Shown here in pieces: positions 23,874-34,020 of a stretch of 64,000 bases of DNA. A model generated the notes under the pieces. The model made no database searches and had not been told where the DNA came from. It worked only from the letters and a program-made list of their open reading frames with translations. How positions within the stretch are numbered: the first letter of the stretch is position 1; each line of letters starts with the position of its first letter. The DNA comes from Porphyridium purpureum (lineage: Eukaryota): positions 124,001 to 188,000 of the forward strand of contig VRMN01000010.1 of the NCBI GenBank assembly GCA_008690995.1, in the 5' to 3' direction. A program made the position numbers and the translations under genes.

Positions 23874-25334
23874 ATGACAACCGCGTTGACGCTGGAGGGT
23901 CACTCAGATGCGGTGAGCGCGGTGCACTTTTCGCCCGATGGCCGGTTCATTGCTTCCGGCAGCGACGACGAGACGGTTAGGGTATGGGACGCAAACACCG
24001 GCGCGTGCGTTCGCACATTGACAGGGCACTCAGGCGCGGTGGGCGCTGTGCAGTTTTCGGTCGACGGCCGCTTTATCGCGTCCGGTAACGACAACAAGAA
24101 GGTGAAGTTGTGGGACACAACCGACCTGAAGTGTGGCCCCGAAGGAACGCCAGGTGACGCTGACGAGGAAAAATATTGCAAGGATTATTGGGAGGTCGCC
24201 GACTCGGATGGGAGCCAAGAGTTGGACGCTCAGGAGGCGCTGGCGTTCTTCTCGAAGGCGCGGCTGCCGATGTCGGTGCTGCATCGGATGTGGGATGAGA
24301 TTGCGATAGCTCGCGGCAAGCGTGCGCTCACCTACGACGACTTTGTGCTCGCACTGCGGTGGGTTGCGCTGGCGCAGAACGGCGAGGAGGCGAGCCTCGC
24401 ACGTGTGCAGCAAGGTTCGCTGTCACTGCGCGCCAAGATCGACGTACCCGGGTGGAACCCGTTCGACAGGGTCGCGCGCACGCTGTCGGAGACAGCGCGG
24501 CACGAGGAGTACTGGAAGATGGCCGACGCAGACGGAAGCGGGGAGGTGGACGTGCATGAAGCGGTAGCGTTTTTGTCCAAGTCTGGACTGCGGAGCTGCG
24601 TGCTGAATGAGATCTGGGGCTTTGCAACCAGCCAAGGGATGTTTTCGTCGCTGGACACGGAGCGTTTCAAGACTGCGCTGCGTCTGGTAGCAATGGCACA
24701 GAAGGAAATGAAGCTGGATGTGAAGGAGGCGGCAGGCGGCGAGATGGAACTGATTGCGGACTTCAAAATCAATGCCGCGAAGCCGGCACCGGAACCGATG
24801 CCGAAGCCGAAGCCGATGCCAGAGCCGATGCCAGAGCCGATGCCAGAGCCGATGCCAGAGCCGGTGCCAGAGCCGGACACGGACTTGGAGAGGATGCTTG
24901 CGGAAACTGCGCTGGATGATCTGACGTGTGAGCAGCTGGCTCGAGTGCTGGAAGAGGTCTTGGAGGTTAACGGGGCCTCGGTGAGGAATGTGAGGGAGCG
25001 CCAGGTGAGCGGTGAGGCCTTGCACGACATGAGGGAGTTCCAGGAGTTTGTGCAGCTGTCGTTCCCGGACAAGAAGAGAGTTGAAAAGTGGGTGGCGGGG
25101 CGGAAATCGTACGAAGGATTCGAGGAATACCTGTTTGGCGTGCTTGGTGGTGATTCGGAGCGCGCCGAGCGTGCGTGCGCTTTGCTTTTGGAATCTCACG
25201 CTGTGTCGAACTTGGACGAGTGGTTGTGGTTTCGGAAGCAGCCCAGCAAGCGGGCAAATATGAGAGTTATTGTGCGGCGCTTCCCGGAGCTCGGGACGTG
25301 GCCGGGCGGGCCGGAGGTGGAGGACTGGAAGTAG
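23874..25334 (+). CDS. WD40(x2)-EH-EH-linker-SAM-like protein, array copy 4 (repeat-contracted, 486 aa)
   Basis: Only two WD40 repeats, essentially identical to repeats 6-7 of copy 2; rest intact. Confidence 0.85.
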   Translation: MTTALTLEGHSDAVSAVHFSPDGRFIASGSDDETVRVWDANTGACVRTLTGHSGAVGAVQFSVDGRFIASGNDNKKVKLWDTTDLKCGPEGTPGDADEEKYCKDYWEVADSDGSQELDAQEALAFFSKARLPMSVLHRMWDEIAIARGKRALTYDDFVLALRWVALAQNGEEASLARVQQGSLSLRAKIDVPGWNPFDRVARTLSETARHEEYWKMADADGSGEVDVHEAVAFLSKSGLRSCVLNEIWGFATSQGMFSSLDTERFKTALRLVAMAQKEMKLDVKEAAGGEMELIADFKINAAKPAPEPMPKPKPMPEPMPEPMPEPMPEPVPEPDTDLERMLAETALDDLTCEQLARVLEEVLEVNGASVRNVRERQVSGEALHDMREFQEFVQLSFPDKKRVEKWVAGRKSYEGFEEYLFGVLGGDSERAERACALLLESHAVSNLDEWLWFRKQPSKRANMRVIVRRFPELGTWPGGPEVEDWK

Positions 25335-26544
25335 GTCAGCGCTGGTGTCTTTGGGTTTTGATGCGGACGAGCAGTGTCCCGGTGTCGCGCCGGTTGCTCG
25401 TCAGTGTGTACGTGGAGCGCACGCGCGGGTGCCACTGACTGAACAGACCTTGCGAACATCGACATGGTTGCTGCGCCTGGGACGGGCTGTGTTCTCTGGC
25501 GGGGTGCGAGAATGTCGTTTTGTGCCTGCGGAACGCCTGAAGGCCGGGCTCGTGTGGCGTGCTGTGGAACGCTTGATTGGCGCTGGCTGGTACATCCAAG
25601 CACATTTGCGCGTTTCGGGCGTCAACGCCTGCACGAGCTGCGCTCTGCTAGCCACGCGCCAAGTTCATCCTGGTGCTGTATAAAAGGATGCTCGTGCCTG
25701 TGCGCTGACGCAACGGTTAAACAACGAGGATTAGGACCAATGGCTCGGTGCAAGTGTGCGCCGAAAATCAGCAGGCCTCGCCGATGTATGTGCGTGCAGC
25801 CAGTTGGGCCCGAGTCTGCGGATGTCGTGTGCTCCCCAGGACGGTCTGATGTGGGATACTGTGTATGGCATGTTCACAAAAAATGACTGGTGACCCAATA
25901 CTTCGCCGGGCGTGACATTTTTGGGATCGTGCCCAAGCTCTTTGCAAATGTCACGCGCACAGGGACACATTCCTCGAGCAACTATGGCATTCATCATTTA
26001 CGCCGTGCCCGCGTGATGCAAGCGTGTTTCATGACGCACACCATGTATACCCACGCAAACCAAGGCTGAGAATGTATAGCTCACTCGCTGCGACCTCTCC
26101 ATCTGAACCTTTCGGACACGCTTCCGCTCGCCTACCACACGCCGACATCCAGCCAGCAGGGACCTCGTCTGATGTTCTTTGCGCGATTGGCCGAACGGAC
26201 TCCACAATGTCCATGTCGTGTCGAAATTTAAAAAAACTGTACCCCTGCATTTTGGTGCCACCCAACGTGTCCTACAACACAATTATCCATCACTATTGTC
26301 TATCAAAATGACAGACGATAAAGATATGGTAAAAATGGTATGTTTTAACGATATCGGGCTTGTTTGTGTTTCAAGGCACGAAGAGAAGGAATGGGGGGGG
26401 GGGGAGGGAAGGGAGTGGGGGATGATGGTTTCGCAGTTGTCTCACAGAGGAACGTATGCAGTTCGAGTCAAGTGATCAATGCGCAACGTAGCTTTATTCT
26501 GAATGTTTTCCTTTGATTCACGCACCAGGCGCTGTGCGAGCCTG

Positions 26545-28710
26545 TTAAGGCAGTGTGGATACATTTTCAGCACGCCTCGGCTTTCGAATGACTTTTGCAG
26601 TGGTTAGGACTGTGCGATTCGACGCACGAATTGTGCGCTGCGTCATCTTTTCAGCAGACTTTGGCGCGATGCCGTGCTTTTCAAGAGCCTTCCACATATT
26701 TTGGATGTCGGCTAAGCTTGGGTGTGTGTGATCCATCGCAGGCTCCAATACGCGTACCGTGTCCGTGTAATACGTCATCAAATTGCGCCACTCAGTCAGT
26801 GCGCACTGACCGGACCTGGTCGCGAAGTCAGATGCTTTCAACAGCCGGAAGGCTGGAATGCGTACGGACTCTGTTTCTGAGAACTTGTGTTGATATCCTT
26901 CCCACCAGAGTTGCCAACCTGCTGCCGGCGAGACAGTGGGCAAGCCGGGCCATTTCTCGGGCACGAGGCGGTACTTTCCTTTCCAGAAGTGCATAAGAGA
27001 CTCTGCATTAACCGGGCGATTATGTCGACGCTCATCTGCATTCACGCGACGGCCGCTCTCAAGGCGGGCCAGCGAGCTCTGGATTCTTTGCTCCATCCCG
27101 ACGAGCCGCTGCTCCATGTACGCGCGGTCTCCGCTTACGGCACATTCCTCTAAAATGCGCTTCACTCCGTCCAACAAGTTTTCTGGACGCAACTCTTGAA
27201 GCTGCTTAAGGATCGCAGTCTGAGGCGGGATACCTGTCGCCGTCATGCCACTTTCACTCGATGTGACTACGTAGTCTGCAAGCTCTGTAAGCTCCGGTGC
27301 AGTCGTGACAAAGTTTTGCCTTTGAGGATGGTTGGCTGGTAGCGCACTTTGTAGCCACTCGCGATGATATATTAAAGAGGCCAGACACATGAGCAGAACT
27401 TCACGCATGTTCATGTGCTCAGCTAGGTCGACAAATGGAAAAACCATGTGAATGGCAGTGTTGATCTTCGAACTAATCAACTGGTGACACAAAGACTCAG
27501 TCGTAAAGTGCGGCGGAAGCAGGGCAAAGGTAGCCTTGTTTATCGGAAGGCCAGCGAGGCAACGACCCACGAATTGGTCACCAGCGCTGTCTGCCCGCAA
27601 GTACCTCCCGAGCGTGTCCCCAACTGACCAGCCTCCTCTGCGCAGGATCGATGTCAAGCTTGGCCCACCAACCGAACCTCATGTCCCGTACATTGCCGCG
27701 CCTTTTCGCAATGAGTGAAATCCAAACTCCTTCGGCTTTCTGCCCAATGTCGAAAGAAGGATAGAGCAAGAAGGGCTTGAAAGTGCATCTTGCATGCATT
27801 TACGGACGCGCTCGGCTTGATGACTTCCAGGAAATAGTTCGACGCCGGTTGCGGTTAGCCCGCTCGCGCAGTATATCGCCAGCGAAAGGATTGCGCAGGT
27901 TTGTGGTTCGGTCGGGTTTGCATAAACGTGTTTTGTCTCCCGTGCGAGGCCTTCTCCGTCCGTATCATTTTTGGCCGTTGTAAGATGAAAACCAAGAGCA
28001 TCGCCCGCCCAATGAAGGTGTATGAATGTAATATCTTGCGTATTATCTCCTCGGCACATCAGATTCCAACAGAGAATGGAGAGTAAATGAGTAAACGGAG
28101 CAGTTGTTGTATCACTGGAGCCTGATGCTCTGCCCTTCTGACCTGCGGCCCGCGCGGGGGTGGAGACGTTAGAGATTAAGAAAGAGCAAAGGAAAACATA
28201 CAAAGAGTACGCCAGGTACATTTTACCGTCGTCATCCTTTTCTTTTCCCTTATGGTTGTCCTGCAACCTCTTTTTCTTCATTCCGCGCGCCAGCTGGCTG
28301 ATTTCTGTCTTGAAGAAGACACGCACTGCGACTTTTTGATCGGCGAATAGTGCTCGCAAAGCCGACTTTGCGGATGCTAGGCCATCAGGGCCGATAGGAG
28401 CACCTGACTTGCTCTTCTTGAGAGTCACGAGGAATCTTGTAACCATTTCTTTCGTCAATGCGCCGGCTTGGATACCAAAGTGCGTCTCAGCAGAGCCTCG
28501 TTCATCAGTAAGGCTGATAGCGCCAGTATTCGCATAATGCTGGACTAAAAAGTCAGAGAGGCGCTTCCAGTACGTCTTATAAGTTTTCCTCGAACTTTCG
28601 CCTATCCTCGCTCTCGCATACTCTTGAGCATCCTGTATCCAGTCGTTGTCGACGGTTTCTTCTTGCTCAACGAGCGCGTTGATCAATGCCGCGCTTTCGT
28701 TCAAGTCCAT
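26545..28710 (-). pseudogene. Crypton-type tyrosine recombinase with a single in-frame TGA (27679-27681)
   Basis: ORFs 27679..28740 and 26545..27657 are in frame. Motifs WNLMCR, AKND, HSLRKG, RRGGWS...GRY, AGDQFVGRCLAGLP. C-terminal WQLWWEG...IPAFRLL domain typical of Crypton proteins. Confidence 0.82.
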
Positions 28711-29899
28711 GGCGCCGCCCAGTTCGCTCTTCTGCGGCAATCAACTCGCACGACTTCGCCTACTCTCACCACGATTCGCTTTAAACACAAAAATAAAGGG
28801 CGCACTTCGCCTCACACAAGCTCGCCCACTCGCTGCTCTTTACTTTCAATGCTTGGTACTTGCTTGACTTGCTTAATCGCAACCCGAAAGAGTGATGGTA
28901 ACGTCTTACTGATAAAACAGGAGATTGGCATATGTAAATTATCTTCTATCATTTCCACAGACAATAGTTTTCAACTTTACACGAAGCGACGCGATAAGTA
29001 AATTTCATAGGAAAACAGATGATTTTTACTATCACAGTACCTAGAAATTATTTTCGCTTTCAAATTATTTTCTGCCAAAATGATAGAAGATAAGCTAGTA
29101 AACCGTTTGTGGAGATAGAAATTAACTGTTTGTACACCACTATCTGTGGAGTAATGTGGCGGACCATTGTACACATTTGCTGGACTGAGGTGGGAAGGTA
29201 TGGATTGCGGACACTGGTCCGTGGATGCCTTTGATGGCGTTAGCAATGAGGCGTTAAATGACTCGCTGGGAGCGGCCGCCCGGCGCCCTCGTGCGCTCCC
29301 GGAGGTGCGTCAGTCGCAGAATAAAAGGAGGGCGACAAAAGTCGTCGCCCTGCGAAAGAGAGGAGTCCGTAGTTGCGTTTGGAAGGAGTGAAATCATACT
29401 TTTAGTCTCTGTGGGTATAAACGGTGTTTGCTGCTAGAAATCTCTTGTGCTTACATCACCCCAGCGGAGAGCGAATCACACCACTATCTGTTGCTTCTGG
29501 AATCTTCCGTTGGCGCGGGCAGGTCTCCAGTGTGGATTTCACCGCGTACACAATAAGCGCGTCCCAGTATCCGGGTGTCATGCTGGGAGGAAAACTTTAG
29601 AGACTAAACGTTGGGAGAGTAGAAAATCATATAACTCGTGTGAAATGTCAGTATGGAGCCCTCGAAGACAACCTCCCGCAGAGCCGAAGACTTACGCGTG
29701 GTCGGGAATTTGCTTCCGGCTCGTCCGTACGTTTTCCTGCGCCGTTGTAGTCTCTCCGATGCGCGGAATCTCGAAACACCGGGTTTTCTTGACACCAGAC
29801 GACCTGAACATCTACTTTCTGGTGGAAATTTGACGGGAAATTGACACCCTTCTAGATAAAAGGCGGCAAACCCGGAGAAATAAAACTAGTTACAGAGCT

Positions 29900-30635
29900 C
29901 TTAATGAGGCACGTTTTCCCGACACGCACTGCAGTGCGCGGTACGTTTCCCAAAGACAAGTCACGTCCCTTCTTTAGCTCCCGCCACACCCCAAGCAGAC
30001 TGTGGCTTCCGCCAGTACTCCACAAAGAAAACACGAGCACGTATACTCCCAAGCCTTTTGCACACAAAAATATCAGCTACCTTTTCCTCCTTACTTTCTC
30101 CAGAACTTTTCATTTGTTCTAGTCTTGCACACGCGCAGTCGTCACTGGCAGAAGTGTAGCGGTGATTGTGATACAGTCGAATGGGAATCGCGCCATCGTA
30201 TTCATAAGGGTTCCTGCACGTTCCACTTTGTAGAAAGTCCATTGTTGGCAAGGTTGGACGTGGCACCCATAGCGAAGGAGTTTAAAAGATCAGCGGCTCG
30301 GCCGTCCCGGCAGCAGCACCTACGCCATTCAAAAACCTCTCGCCGCTGATGGGAGACCGCCAACCTGACGACCCAGTTTATCCTCTCAAGTTTAATCGTA
30401 AAACTTTCTCAAGTCAGTTTACACGGAGAGCCACCGAGGCCGCACTATGCGCCGAGCTTCGTGCGCGGTTGATAACCCAGCGGACGCTTTCTCCGCGCGC
30501 TCGTTCCGCCGGCGGGCAATCATAACCAAGAATTCTCCCTCGAAAAGCCACGCCGCTTATCAGTTCCCGGCTTACCGGTTTATCCACTAAACGCTAGCCG
30601 CTAACCGACCCGCTATGGTCGACGCATCTCCACAG
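29900..30635. repeat. Degenerate repeat copy (see 21700-22345 and 165-470)
   Basis: Colinear similarity by eye, ending CCGCTATGGTCGACGCATCTCCACAG, similar to CCGCCATGCTCCACGCATCTTAACAG at ~447-472. Confidence 0.72.
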
Positions 30636-30955
30636 GGTGTACAGTATGCTTACACAGAAGTACAGCCGCGCGGTGTACGGTCCAAAATGAAGCGCAGCTC
30701 GGACCGAGTGGAAGGATCACGTGCGTTGGCCGCACGCATGTGCACGGGGAGCAGACCTACTGTGGTGGGATAAGAAGCAGCCTTTCTGCCCGACGAAGCC
30801 AGTTCGTAAAGAAGGAAGCGTGCGGATACCTCAATCCAGTCTCAAGGCACACTTTTGCACCAGATTGAGAATAAGCACGGCAAAATTTGCAAGTGGGTTC
30901 CTCGGTAGAGCGGGCAAAGACTTGAGGTATTGAAGGAGCAAGTTTGTGTGGCGTC

Positions 30956-31372
30956 ATGTTTGTCCCGACGTTTTCGACGACCAGCTGCAGCGTGGCGGCC
31001 ACGAGCCGTGTGCTGAGTGTTGCGCAGAGTGCGAACAGGTGTGACTCTGTGGCGCGTGGCGCAGTGAGCCGAAGCCGCGTGCGCAAGGGCAGGGCGATGG
31101 TGAGCATGGCCGGTGATGCGGATAAGGCGGCTGCCGCGAAGAGCAAGGCAGACAAGGCAGAGGCCACGCGGCGAATGCTGGCGGCGGATGAACCGCAGGT
31201 CAGGTTCCGAAGAGAGGAGACGCAGCTTGACTCGGGCTCGTTTTCATACCAGTCAGGAGTCAAGGATGGAGTGGATATTTGGCTCATTGTGGGTATCCTC
31301 AGCTTTGTTGTGCCTGCCTGCATTTTTGCATATGGAGTTGCGGTCGGGTGGGTTGATATTCCGCGCAGGTAG
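30956..31372 (+). CDS. Small plastid-targeted membrane protein of unknown function
   Basis: MFVPTFS...Ser/Arg/Ala-rich transit-like N-terminus; C-terminal hydrophobic helix IWLIVGILSFVVPACIFAYGVAVG. Confidence 0.65.
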   Translation: MFVPTFSTTSCSVAATSRVLSVAQSANRCDSVARGAVSRSRVRKGRAMVSMAGDADKAAAAKSKADKAEATRRMLAADEPQVRFRREETQLDSGSFSYQSGVKDGVDIWLIVGILSFVVPACIFAYGVAVGWVDIPRR

Positions 31373-31544
31373 ACTAGCGTCTTGCTGTTTTATCTTCTCC
31401 TTGGTCGGGGCCATGAAGCGGGCCCAAGCGTCGTGCATGATGGACGCGAGACGAACCACGGACGGTCCTCGCACATTTCTAGATAATAACCACTTTTCTT
31501 TCTTCTTCTTTTTTCATTCATCAATTTTTTTTACCTTTACACGC

Positions 31545-32990
31545 TCACGCGCTAAGCTTGTGGATCATAAACACACGTTCAAGCACGTCCTCGACGACCT
31601 TGTCTGGCGTTGACGCACCGGATGTCACGCCAATCGTGACTTTCCCTTTCGGCAGAAATCCCTCCTTCACAAACTCCTCGCCCGCCGAGTTGCGAAACAG
31701 AATGCGATTGTCCGGGCCGATGCAGTTCGGCTCATTCACCCAGTACGACGTCAGGTTGGCGTGCTCGGCAATCTCCTGCAGATGACTTGTGTTGCTCGAG
31801 TTGAATCCTCCAATCACCAGAAGCAGATCCATGTCTTCCTTGATAAGGTCGTACATGGCGTCCTGGCGCTCTTGTGTGGCGTCGCAGATTGTGTTGAACG
31901 CCACAAAGCGCTGTGTGATTTCCGCCACGCCATACTTTTTCATCATGGTCTTCTCGAAAAGTTTGCCGATCTCCTCCGTCTCGCCCTTGAGCATGGTAGT
32001 CTGGTTTGCAATGCCAATCGCCTGCAGGTCACGGTCTGGGTCAAAGCCTGCGCTCATCGCCTTCTCGTGGAACTTGCTGAAGAATTCTTGCTTGTCGCCG
32101 CCGTTCAAAATGTAATCGGCCACGTAGTTGGCTTCGTCCATATTCAGCACGATCAAAAACTTGTCCGCAAAGCTCGCGGTGGCAACCGTCTCTTCGTGCT
32201 TCCACTTGCCGTGAATGATGCTTGTCGCTTCCATACGCTGGTGCTTGTCGAGCGCGTTCCATACCTTGGACACCCATGGGCAGGTTGTGTCGACGATTTG
32301 CACGCCGCGCGAGTTGAGGTACTGCATTTCCTCCAGGGTTGCGCCAAACGCCGGCAGGATGACAACGTCGCCGTCATCCACGACCGTCAGGTCCTTAGTG
32401 AGCCCTTCCTGTGGCACAAACCTGACGCCCATTTCTGCGAGCCGGCGGTTCACGATGGGGTTATGAATCACCTCATTGGTGAGCCACAGGGTCTGCGTGG
32501 GAAACTGTTGCCTTGCCTCATACGCGATGGCCACGGCACGCTCCACGCCCCAGCAAAAGCCGTACGCCTTGGCGAGTTTGATGGTCAGATCTCCCTTCTG
32601 CACAATGTACGCCTGGTCCCGGAGCTCCTGGATGAGCCCCGACGTAAACTCCAGGTTCATCATGCCCTCGACCTCCTCCTTGGTGGTCTTATACCCGCGG
32701 CGATTAAACCGCTCGGAGCCCATAATCTCGCGGCGCGCGGCACGCTTATCGACCTTTTCGCGCTCCTCGACGTCTGCTTCCACGCCCGCGGCCGACATCA
32801 CCGCGCTGCGCGCCGCTCCGCGGCATCGCACACGCACCTCCTGCCGCGCTCCGCCACACACAAGCCCCGTGCGCGCGCGCACGCCCGCGCCATCGCGCCC
32901 GGAAACCGCCCACTTCAACGACCCGGGCATCCCGAGCGCCCCCGGTGCCCCACAAAACGCCGCATGCATCTCCCCACACCCACTCTCCAT
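31545..32990 (-). CDS. ispH: 4-hydroxy-3-methylbut-2-enyl diphosphate reductase (HDR, MEP pathway), plastid-targeted
   Basis: [49 protein letters not shown]. Confidence 0.97.
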   Translation of the reverse strand: MESGCGEMHAAFCGAPGALGMPGSLKWAVSGRDGAGVRARTGLVCGGARQEVRVRCRGAARSAVMSAAGVEADVEEREKVDKRAARREIMGSERFNRRGYKTTKEEVEGMMNLEFTSGLIQELRDQAYIVQKGDLTIKLAKAYGFCWGVERAVAIAYEARQQFPTQTLWLTNEVIHNPIVNRRLAEMGVRFVPQEGLTKDLTVVDDGDVVILPAFGATLEEMQYLNSRGVQIVDTTCPWVSKVWNALDKHQRMEATSIIHGKWKHEETVATASFADKFLIVLNMDEANYVADYILNGGDKQEFFSKFHEKAMSAGFDPDRDLQAIGIANQTTMLKGETEEIGKLFEKTMMKKYGVAEITQRFVAFNTICDATQERQDAMYDLIKEDMDLLLVIGGFNSSNTSHLQEIAEHANLTSYWVNEPNCIGPDNRILFRNSAGEEFVKEGFLPKGKVTIGVTSGASTPDKVVEDVLERVFMIHKLSA

Positions 32991-33072
32991 CCTCTCCTAG
33001 CCTCTCCTTCTCTTCCTCTCTCTCTCTCTTCCTCTCTCTCTCTTCCTCTCTCTCTCTCCACCTCTCTCCCCC
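32991..33072. repeat. CT-rich microsatellite in the ispH 5' region
   Basis: Interrupted (CT)n run. Confidence 0.8.
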
Positions 33073-34020
33073 AGCGCCTCTCGCCATAAAAGGCGGTGCA
33101 CGCCACAAAACAGAAAACCAAAAGCGCAACCAACTCTCATACTAAAACGCGCCTGTTTTATCATAAACACAGCTGCGCCTCACGAGCAACGCAAATCACG
33201 CCAGTCCTGCAATGACCGCACTGTACCGCACTGAACGATGCTGTACCTGACAGTGTACACCCCCGGCGCATCCAGCGTGAAACCGCGCTGCTGGTGTGGT
33301 GGAGGTGGAAGGGGTTAGAGCCACGAGCGGCGTTGCGGGAACGGCCGGCGCGCTGCCATTGTCGCGCGTGGCAGCCTCTGCGATCTGCTGGTCGCTGCAA
33401 GCAGGCGCTCTTGTACACATGTAGCAGGGCTGACTTGCTTGCTTGATCCGTGGCTTGTTTACTGGAACAGCGTGGAACGAGCAGTTGGGCAGAGACGAGG
33501 TGGCGAGATGTTCCTCCCGCCTGTCTTGGATGGAGCGCCTGAAATTACCATTTTAGAATTTGGAGTGGTGAGTTGCTTAATTGTCTGACGAGCAACCCTG
33601 GCAGCGACGCGCGCGATCACGCACAACTGCGGACGTGCGGGGCAGCGCACCACAACCCATCCACCAACTCCCACTCGCAATGAGCCTACGCATGCAGTCA
33701 AAACCCGACTGCGCGATTACCCACAAACCGTAAAGCCGATAAACCGTTTGATGCTACACCACGTGTACGGACCGGTTACCGCGTATAAGAAACCGGGCGC
33801 GTTTTGATAGAGCTAGGGTGATGACCGAAAATGGTTGGCGTCATTTTTGTGCGCGCCCCAAGGGGGGTGGGGGACAGAGGGAAAACCCTTAACCGGTAGG
33901 GTTAGGCGGCATGCGTGGGGTGTGGCCACCAGAAAGCGCGCGAAAGCGGCGGTGTTGCGTGTGCGTGCGGCGTGGCGCGTCCGGGAAGCGGAGAGGGAGA
34001 GAGGGAGAAGGGAGAGGGGC

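Noticed and set aside
27679..27681. Selenocysteine or recoded TGA in the recombinase
   Set aside because: Not a catalytic position and no SECIS recognised; a single substitution explains it
31761..33089. Long antisense ORFs (442 aa here; also 51540-52709, 49006-50028, 6940-7722)
   Set aside because: Shadow frames of GC-rich genes with no recognisable motifs
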